A DNA stretch of 64,000 nucleotides from assembly GCA_965237805.1 (NCBI GenBank), contig OZ250153.1:704001-768000 (forward strand), given 5' to 3'. Of this stretch, positions 58,101 to 64,000 are shown one piece after another; the first letter of the stretch is position 1; every line of letters starts with the position of its first letter. A program made the position numbers and the translations under genes. The DNA is from Gammaproteobacteria bacterium (lineage in GTDB: Bacteria > Pseudomonadota > Gammaproteobacteria > JABABF01). Below the pieces are notes generated by a model. The model made no database searches and was not told the origin of the DNA. It saw nothing but the letters and a program-made list of their open reading frames with translations.

Positions 58101-58351
58101 TCCGATGACGATGCCCCAGGGTAGATGAAATTCACGAGCACCAGATCGAGATCGAAGTCCGGTGTCAGCGTACGCGGGATATTGAGCGCCGATAGCATGC
58201 CAAGGAAGATGATCAGCACCATCAGCAAATTGGCCGCCACCGGATTGAGGACGAACCATGCGATCGGCCCCTTGCGCAGCTCCTCGATGGGTGGCAGCGG
58301 CGGCAGTGTCTCTGCGCTGGGGCTGGGTTCGGTGGTCCCGCTACCGCTCAC
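55100..58351 (-). CDS. RND efflux permease subunit (AcrB/AcrD/AcrF family)
   Basis: 1083 aa, NPVAANLLM, GIVVDDAIIVGE, GVVVND, RFRAIMLTSLTT. Confidence 0.93.
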   Translation of the reverse strand: MSGSGTTEPSPSAETLPPLPPIEELRKGPIAWFVLNPVAANLLMVLIIFLGMLSALNIPRTLTPDFDLDLVLVNFIYPGASSSEVEKSVLLRAEEALRAVDGIETVVSVSRRNGGFLYLQVEPNFDVVAVQAEVRSAIDSVPSFPRDLEVPVVERIVPTVPISELTLYGDVDPVLLREQADRIEDELLRLPEIHKVRIRGAHDYEISIELDEYALRKYQLSLQDVGLALARASIDLPGGAVRTTNGDVLVQASGRRRNQQQFEEVQLLSFPDGTQLRLGDIATVHDGFVEDGEYQVSSFNRQPAIGLEVEAISNNTDVVEMANAARAYAEQAKKSLPDGVGLAFWADVSTYLKDRLSMMRKNMLLGALLVFLVLSLFIDLKLAFWVMLGLPISFLGAFAVMGQDPFNVTINLLSLFAMILVLGIVVDDAIIVGESAYRSVEQRGHSVDTVIAGVKRVAVPATFGVLTTVVAFLPTIMVEGRFAAFPREIGLTVILCLLFSLLESKWILPAHLAHTRPSSAEWLAPVRRMQAWCNGQLDRYLHNVHQPFLRYCIERRYTVAAIFTGVFILSLGLVLGGIVRLVLVEKFPGDFVVATLEMVDGTPGPTTAKHLNYIEQALWDIDKRHYEQTGERLLHVVRALGKNSLEGEIWVELVPNEERSIDGHTLLNQWRETVGQIPGAKVLIYTDAQGGPGGSSDIAVLLKGEDRALLEEAAVLVEKELASIDGVIDQRSDISVRNDEIVLSSREAAEVLGLPLADVANQVRHAFQGYEVQRVQRGNDEVRVWVRYPRGDRESLATLQNMHVRNNTGETVPLSAVADLDVRPGPSQLVRVDGISALRVTANVEASKISGGQAVKLVYDALNERLERDFNVEFALGEESEDETEMVRFLLIGFLLSMLANYCLIAVPLRSYAQPLLIMGAIPFGIIGAIIGHLVLGLAVSMLSLFGMIAVAGVVVNDGLLLVDFINRAVREQGMSPIKAAVAASRRRFRAIMLTSLTTFVGLMPIMVERSAQARYVIPMAVSLAFGVVFATLITLILLPCLYVVLTDLQKLPKQLLRRTLRLGAEVPQPLPASTSPAEPTLP

Positions 58352-59760
58352 TGGCCGCCCGCGCTGAGAAATCCGCTGCGCGTACCCCCGGATGCGCCTT
58401 TGTTGGTGTTGCCCGCAGTGGACCAGCGCGTCGACCGCACCCGCTCGGTGACTTGCACCTTGGTTCCAGGCAGCGGATGCCCCACTGGCGTCAGACAGAC
58501 CAGCTCGCCCGCACGCAGGCCACCGCTGATGTAGACATGCTCGCTGTGGGTGCGCAACACCTCGACGCTGCGGTTCTGCAATGTCAGGCGGCTATCGACC
58601 ACCCACAACTTATTGCCCGCCCGCAACAGGTGGCGCGGTAGCGTCACCAAGTTGTCCAGTTCGCGCCCCTGTATTTCAGCCCGCACGAAAGTGCCAATGC
58701 GCAGCGGCTCCACCACCTCCTCGGGATCCTCCGCCCGTCGCTTTAGACCGTAGGGGTCGTCCACCCGCGCCACCACCGCCAAGGTGCGGCTGCGCTCGTC
58801 GAGTACGCCCTCGGTGCGGGTAATACGAGCCGACCAAGTGTGCTCGCTGGCACCGATATCGGCCGTCAGTGTCACCACGGGTTGCATGACACCATCGCGG
58901 CCCGGCAAATCCAGATAGTCGAGTTGGTTTTCCGGCAGCGCGAGACGCACTTCGGCGTAATCGACCGGGAAGCTGGCACCGAGCGACATGCCCGGCCCCA
59001 CATATTGCCCCACATCGACCAGTGCACGGCGGATGATGCCGCGATAGGACGCACGCACCACGGTGCGCTCCAAATTGAGCTGCGCGCGGCTGAGCTGCGC
59101 CTCGGCGGAGGCCATCTGCGCCTCGGCAGAAGCCAGCTGCGGTTTGCGCAGCGCCAAGTCGGTGGCCTGCGTGCTGCGACCATCACCACTCAAGGCCTGC
59201 CAATCCTGGAAGGCAGCATGGGCCTGCCCGCTCTCCAGAGCCATCTGGCTACGAGCTGCGGCGACGGCGGCCTCGGCCTGTTTCAAGGCCGCCCGGTAGT
59301 CGCGGTCATCGAGGCGCACCAGCACTTCGCCAGCCTCGAAGGTGCCGCCGACCACAAAGGACGGCGAGATTTCGCGCACGCGCCCTGCGACCTCGGTCAA
59401 CAGCGTGGTCTCGGTGCGCGGTACCACCGTGCCGACCGCGCGCAAACGCAACGGCAGGGTCTGCATGTGTACCACCACCACCTCTACCGGAATGCTGGCC
59501 ACCTTGGGTGTGATGCGCTGCGGCGACTTGCGTTGCGCGATCAGCGCCCCCGAGGCGACAATGCTACCGGCGATGATCAGCAACGGCAGCCCCCAGCCAC
59601 GGGGCAACAGGCCGCCTAGGAGCCCGCGTTCCCGCTCTTCTTCCAGCTCTGGAATCTCAGCCAGCTCCGGCATCGCAGCCAGCTCCGGAATCTCAGCCAG
59701 CTCTGGCAAATCGTCCAATTTAGGCATATCGTTGGTATCAAACGGATCAGCCATCGCCAT
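58348..59760 (-). CDS. RND membrane fusion protein with N-terminal hexapeptide repeats
   Basis: TM anchor, EVAGRV, LNLERT, VRL, lipoyl/hairpin pattern; GTGA overlap with the permease. Confidence 0.9.
   Translation of the reverse strand: MAMADPFDTNDMPKLDDLPELAEIPELAAMPELAEIPELEEERERGLLGGLLPRGWGLPLLIIAGSIVASGALIAQRKSPQRITPKVASIPVEVVVVHMQTLPLRLRAVGTVVPRTETTLLTEVAGRVREISPSFVVGGTFEAGEVLVRLDDRDYRAALKQAEAAVAAARSQMALESGQAHAAFQDWQALSGDGRSTQATDLALRKPQLASAEAQMASAEAQLSRAQLNLERTVVRASYRGIIRRALVDVGQYVGPGMSLGASFPVDYAEVRLALPENQLDYLDLPGRDGVMQPVVTLTADIGASEHTWSARITRTEGVLDERSRTLAVVARVDDPYGLKRRAEDPEEVVEPLRIGTFVRAEIQGRELDNLVTLPRHLLRAGNKLWVVDSRLTLQNRSVEVLRTHSEHVYISGGLRAGELVCLTPVGHPLPGTKVQVTERVRSTRWSTAGNTNKGASGGTRSGFLSAGGQ
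59641..59730 (-). repeat. 18-nt imperfect tandem repeat x5 (MPKLDD/LPELAE/IPELAA/MPELAE/IPELEE)
   Basis: Visible periodicity CCAGCTC(T/C)GG in the DNA and in the protein. Confidence 0.85.
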
Positions 59761-60952
59761 TCCCTCGCAGAACCACCGCCGAAGCGTGGCCAAACAGCCC
59801 TTGATTGGCGGCGATGCCGACGCGTGCATCCGCCACTTGGCGCGGCCCGGCCATCGCACGTAGCTGCCAGCTCAACTCGCAGATCTGCGCCAGCCCTTGC
59901 GCCGGCACCGCCTCACCAAAGCAGGCCAAACCGCCGCTGGGATTGACCGGCATGCGCCCGCCTAGCGCCGTATCGCCAACCTCAAGCCAGCGCTCGGCCT
60001 CCCCCTCGGGGATCAATTCGAGATCCTCACACCAATCCAGCTCCATCGCCGTGGACAGGTCGTAGACCTCGGCCACATCGATCTCCGCAGCCTCGATGCC
60101 AGCCTCGGCACGGGCATCGCGCGCCACTTGGGAGCGGAAACGCTGGCCCGATGCCGCCACCGCCGCCGCCGAATCGGTGGCGATATCTGGCATCTCCACC
60201 TCGGCGCAGGGGAAGCGCGGCGTACTGGTCGCCACGGCGGCGATACGCGGCGCAGCAGTGGCACCGCGATGGCGAGCGTAGTCGGCACTGGCCAGCACCA
60301 GCGCCGCACCGCCATCGCTGGTAGCGCAGATGTCCAGCAAGCGCAGCGGGCTGGAGACCACCGGCGAGGCCATCACATCCTCCAGCGCACAGGCCTTGCG
60401 GTAGCGCGCATTGGGGTTGTGCAGGCCGTGCTGAGAATTCTTGACCTTGACGCGGGCGAAGTCCTCGACAGTGGCACCGTAGAGAGACATGCGACGCTGG
60501 GCATAGAGGCCAAAGTAGATGGTGTTGGTGATGCCCAGCCTGAAACGCACCCAATCTGGATCGTCGGGGCGCTCGCCACCCTGTGGAGCCAAGAAACCCT
60601 TGGGCGTGGTGTCGGCACCGACGACCAAGGCGACATCGCAGAGCCCGGCCAGAATGCGCTGACGGGCAGACTGCAGGGCTTGGGCACCAGTGGCACAGGC
60701 CGCATAGCAGCTGGCCACCTGCGCACCCTGCCAGCCCAAGGCTTGGGCGAAAGTGGCACCGGCCACATAACCGGGATAGCCGCAGCGCACGGTGCTGCCG
60801 CCAGCGACAAACTGCACTTCATGCCACGGCAGGGCGGCTTCTGCCAGCGCCGCCCGCGCCGCCACCACGCCATAGTCGACAAAATTGCGTCCCCACTTGC
60901 CCCACGGGTGCATGCCAGCACCGAGAATGACGACATCATCACTGCCCGCCAC
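59747..60952 (-). CDS. Thiolase-superfamily 'lipid-transfer protein' (SCP-x/Ltp type)
   Basis: GMHPWGK, AACATG, SDGGAA, EVYDL, VNPSGGLACFGE, ANQG. Confidence 0.9.
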   Translation of the reverse strand: MAGSDDVVILGAGMHPWGKWGRNFVDYGVVAARAALAEAALPWHEVQFVAGGSTVRCGYPGYVAGATFAQALGWQGAQVASCYAACATGAQALQSARQRILAGLCDVALVVGADTTPKGFLAPQGGERPDDPDWVRFRLGITNTIYFGLYAQRRMSLYGATVEDFARVKVKNSQHGLHNPNARYRKACALEDVMASPVVSSPLRLLDICATSDGGAALVLASADYARHRGATAAPRIAAVATSTPRFPCAEVEMPDIATDSAAAVAASGQRFRSQVARDARAEAGIEAAEIDVAEVYDLSTAMELDWCEDLELIPEGEAERWLEVGDTALGGRMPVNPSGGLACFGEAVPAQGLAQICELSWQLRAMAGPRQVADARVGIAANQGLFGHASAVVLRGNGDG

Positions 60953-61403
60953 GATCGCCTCCCGCCACCGCTGGCTGCCATTTCCAAGTCATCCGCTCAA
61001 CACCCTCTTCATCTGTGTACAGCAGCTCCTCGACCAGCTGCATCTGCATGCCGATGACCAGCTCAGCACAGGACACAGCTGCCGCCACCTGCCCCAAGAC
61101 CGTCATCTGCTCGCGCTCCAGTGCCACCGCGGCCACCGTGAAGGGCTGGAATTCGCCGGGCGGTGCCAGCCACGGCGGCGGCGGCGGGTAGTGCTGTTCA
61201 GAGAAAGACCACAGCCGCCCGCTGCGTGACAGCGGCAGCTGCTCGAACTCCTCGCCGTTACAGGCTGGGTTGCGGCAAAAAGAGAGCCGCGGCGGAAGGT
61301 AATAACTGCCGCAACTCTGACAGCGCTCGCCCAACAAGTAGAGCCCGTCGCCATCGCTGGCATACCAGCCCGCCAAGGCGGGCATCGTCGCAGTATCCCT
61401 CAT
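60939..61403 (-). CDS. DUF35 Zn-ribbon/OB-fold protein (thiolase partner)
   Basis: CQSC..YYLPP..FCRNPAC, SGRLWSFS, IGMQM, WKW; overlaps the thiolase start. Confidence 0.88.
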   Translation of the reverse strand: MRDTATMPALAGWYASDGDGLYLLGERCQSCGSYYLPPRLSFCRNPACNGEEFEQLPLSRSGRLWSFSEQHYPPPPPWLAPPGEFQPFTVAAVALEREQMTVLGQVAAAVSCAELVIGMQMQLVEELLYTDEEGVERMTWKWQPAVAGGDRGGQ

Positions 61404-61496
61404 AGCAAAACCCCTGCCGAACAGCACATTGGGTCGATGATGCGAGCGTGGCGAGGGACAGCGACGGCCACTGGCCGATCGCGCGAGACCATCCGC

Positions 61497-62444
61497 TCAG
61501 ACGCCCTCCCGAAGCGCGGCGATGCGCTGTTCCAGTGGGGGGTGCGAGCTAAACAGTTCCCGCAGACCACCGGAACGGCGTCCACTGATCCCAAAAGCGA
61601 GCAATTCGTCGGGCATGGAATCATCGTTCTGCCGCTGCCGCTGCCGCTGGCGGCTGCCACCGCCAGCCATCGCGAGGCTGGGCTTGAGCCCCTGCTCGGA
61701 GCGCAGACGCTCCAAGGCGGCGACCATCGCACTGGGGCCGACCAGCTTGGCGCTATAGGCATCGGCCCGGAACTCGCGGCGCCGCGAGAACCACATCACG
61801 ATGATCGAGGCGAGAATGGTCAGCACGATCTGCGCGGCGATGGTGGCGACGAAGTAGCCAATACCATAGCCGTGCTGATTGCGGAACACGATGCGGTCGA
61901 CAGCGTGGCCGATTACCCGTGCGAGCACGAAGATAAAGGCGTTGATCACACCTTGGATCAGCGTCAGCGTGATCATATCGCCATTGGCGACATGGCCGAT
62001 CTCATGCGCCAGCACCGCGCGCGCCTCATCTTGACTAAAGCGATCGAGCAGCCCTTGACTGGCGGCGACCAAGGAGTTGTTGCGGCTGGGGCCAGTGGCG
62101 AAGGCATTGGAGGCCTTCATCGGCATGATGCCCACCTCCGGCATAGCGATGCCAGCACTGTCGGACAACTTGCGTACCGTCTCGACCAGCCAGCGCTGCT
62201 GCTCGCCGACCGGGGCATTGGGATCGATGATGCGGGTGCCGGTGAAACGCTTGGCCATCCACTTCGACATTAACAGCGAGACGAAAGCACCGCCGAAGCC
62301 AAACACCACACCCCAGATGATCAGCGTATTGAGATCCAAGCCATGGGGCGTCAGGTAGTAGCCGACGCCGAGCAGGCGCAGGACAACCATGGCGACCATC
62401 ATCACCGCGAAGTTTGTCAATAAAAATAAAGCAATACGCAACAT
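61497..62444 (-). CDS. htpX: Protease HtpX
   Basis: RIALFLLTN, NAFATG, HEIGH, NGDM.T, SRRREFRAD, SHPPLE.RI. Confidence 0.95.
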   Translation of the reverse strand: MLRIALFLLTNFAVMMVAMVVLRLLGVGYYLTPHGLDLNTLIIWGVVFGFGGAFVSLLMSKWMAKRFTGTRIIDPNAPVGEQQRWLVETVRKLSDSAGIAMPEVGIMPMKASNAFATGPSRNNSLVAASQGLLDRFSQDEARAVLAHEIGHVANGDMITLTLIQGVINAFIFVLARVIGHAVDRIVFRNQHGYGIGYFVATIAAQIVLTILASIIVMWFSRRREFRADAYSAKLVGPSAMVAALERLRSEQGLKPSLAMAGGGSRQRQRQRQNDDSMPDELLAFGISGRRSGGLRELFSSHPPLEQRIAALREGV

Positions 62445-62667
62445 GGTGTCGAGCGGCCTCCGCGCACCTTATCCCCGTAATAAGCCCATGAAAGGGCATC
62501 TTTTATTCTAGCATGGTCAAGGCTTAAACTCAACTGAAGCGCAGCTGGAACGCGGGGATCTTAGGGGGCAGTCTGGAGATGGTTTTAGGATCAGCAAGTG
62601 CAGCGGATAGGGCTGGCGAGGGTGCTGGTACCACCCGGTGGCTCATGGGAGCGACACTAGGGGTCGA

Positions 62668-62673
62668 TATAAT
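62668..62673 (+). promoter_or_regulatory. -10 box for tRNA-Thr(CGT)
   Basis: Consensus TATAAT 10 nt upstream of the tRNA. Confidence 0.55.
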
Positions 62674-62683
62674 GAGACTCCCC

Positions 62684-62757
62684 GCCGGAATAGCTCAGCG
62701 TGGTAGAGCAGTTCACTCGTAATGAAAAGGTCGGGGGTTCGACTCCCTCTTCCGGCA
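62684..62757 (+). tRNA. tRNA-Thr(CGT); CCA not encoded
   Basis: GCCGGAATAGCTCAGCGTGGTAGAGCAGTTCACTCGTAATGAA...GTTCGACTCC...TTCCGGCA followed by GGG. Confidence 0.93.
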
Positions 62758-62825
62758 GGGGGTGGGGATTGCAGGGTGTATGTGCTCTACAGTGGCTATC
62801 ACTCTCGCAGTGATACAGTGAGGCA

Positions 62826-63677
62826 ATGCAAATGAAGAAAAACCACATATTGCGCGGTGACTGCGTAGCTTGGACTAGCAAATTGCCAGCGGACTCGGTC
62901 GATCTCAGTGTGTTTTCCCCGCCCTACGACGGGGTGCGCGACTATCACGGAGAGTGGATCTTTGATTTTCCAGCCTTGGGAAGCAACTTGTATCGGCTCA
63001 CCAAAGAAGGCGGCATATGCGCGGTCGTCATTGGTGATGGCACCAAAAACTTCGCCAAATCATTGACCAGCTTCAAACTGACGATAGATTGGTGTGAAAA
63101 TCAGGGCTGGCGGTTATTTGAATGTTGCATCTATTCCCGAGACGGAAATCCCGGGGCGTGGTGGAACAAGCGTTTTCGTGTCGACCATGAATACATCTTG
63201 CTTTTTTTGAAAGGTGCACGCCCAAAACATTTCGACAAACATCATATGATGGTACCGAGCAAACATGCGGGGAAGATCTACACTGGGACAGACCGATTAA
63301 CTAGCGGCGGTCTAAAGCGGATCACCCCCAAAGCGGTCAACCAAGAGAAATGCCGTGGCACCCTATGGCGCTATGCCACAAGCAATACTGAGGGCAACCG
63401 TCTTAAGGCAGAGCATCCCGCCACATTCCCTGACAAGTTGGCTGAGGATCTCATCCTGTGCTTCACCGAGCCGGGAGATCTGGTGCTAGATCCCATGTGC
63501 GGCAGCGGCACCACCTGCACTATGGCTGCCCGACATGGGCGGGATTACCTGGGATTAGAGATATCCGAGGAATACAGCAAGTTGGCCAAGAAACGTTTGC
63601 AACTGGAGTTACGCCAACCTCAGCTGGCTATTATGGACAAAGCGTTGCAGCCAAATAAAGGCAAGTCACAGAAATGA
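62826..63677 (+). CDS. Site-specific DNA methyltransferase, beta class (N4-C or N6-A)
   Basis: Motif IV SPPY at the N-terminus, HPATFP, motif I LDPMCGSGTT at the C-terminus; visibly lower GC. Confidence 0.92.
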   Translation: MQMKKNHILRGDCVAWTSKLPADSVDLSVFSPPYDGVRDYHGEWIFDFPALGSNLYRLTKEGGICAVVIGDGTKNFAKSLTSFKLTIDWCENQGWRLFECCIYSRDGNPGAWWNKRFRVDHEYILLFLKGARPKHFDKHHMMVPSKHAGKIYTGTDRLTSGGLKRITPKAVNQEKCRGTLWRYATSNTEGNRLKAEHPATFPDKLAEDLILCFTEPGDLVLDPMCGSGTTCTMAARHGRDYLGLEISEEYSKLAKKRLQLELRQPQLAIMDKALQPNKGKSQK

Positions 63678-64000
63678 CATCAGCACACACGGCAAAAGAC
63701 GCCGAGATAATTGCGGCAGCACTTACCGACCTACCCGTGTTCTGGAATGGCAAAGAAGCCATAATGGAGTTAAAAAGTCTGGATTATCAGTGGCGCCAAA
63801 TGGAATGGATTGGCTGGTATTTTGAAGTGAGGTGCGCCGAGCAGTTGAAAGAACGCGGATTTGCTTTCCCGGGGGATAGATACGGCAACACAACATTTGA
63901 CTGTAAGAATGCTATCAACTGGGACATGAAGTCTCACGCAATACGATCGGACACACATAATGCGATATTAAATGATGTGGAAGCAGTAGACGAAAGCATA
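63674..64000 (+). CDS. Putative restriction endonuclease (PD-(D/E)xK-like); runs off the window edge
   Basis: Manual translation MTSAHTAKD...WRQMEWIGWYFE...GNTTFDCKNAINWDMKSH...; ATGA overlap with the MTase. Confidence 0.6.
   Translation, partial: MTSAHTAKDAEIIAAALTDLPVFWNGKEAIMELKSLDYQWRQMEWIGWYFEVRCAEQLKERGFAFPGDRYGNTTFDCKNAINWDMKSHAIRSDTHNAILNDVEAVDESI

Overview
GC-rich gammaproteobacterial chromosome segment made up mostly of core genes on the minus strand. Its gene order resembles Pseudomonadales/Cellvibrionales, and the proteins are divergent in a way that could fit a host-associated lineage (inference). In order: perM-tusA-bepA-nadA, tRNA-Lys, queC-queE, the tol-pal operon, ruvBAC-yebC-aspS, an FmdB-family gene, an HU-like gene, the alpha/spc/S10/str operons, rpoBC, rplKAJL, nusG-secE, tRNA-Trp, tuf, tRNA-Thr/Gly/Tyr, and rplU-rpmA-obgE-proB. 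An accessory block follows: GST, TlpA, SGNH esterase, CDF transporter, ArsC, an RND/MFP pair coupled to a thiolase-like/DUF35 pair, and htpX. The window ends in a lower-GC restriction-modification-like island behind tRNA-Thr(CGT). The most notable oddities are: (1) ybgC carries two in-frame TAG codons, both at conserved Tyr positions and both followed by a CUN codon; (2) an orphan small membrane protein gene sits between rplF and rplR; (3) a beta-barrel-like orphan occupies the usual tufA position after fusA; (4) an actinobacterial-type lipid-transfer/DUF35 pair is translationally coupled to an RND transporter; (5) four of six tRNA genes lack an encoded CCA, and one has a perfect 14-bp fold-back; (6) tolB and the CDF gene are frameshifted; (7) RpoB has unusual substitutions in and near the rifamycin pocket. 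All homology calls come from motif recognition and memory; no searches were run.
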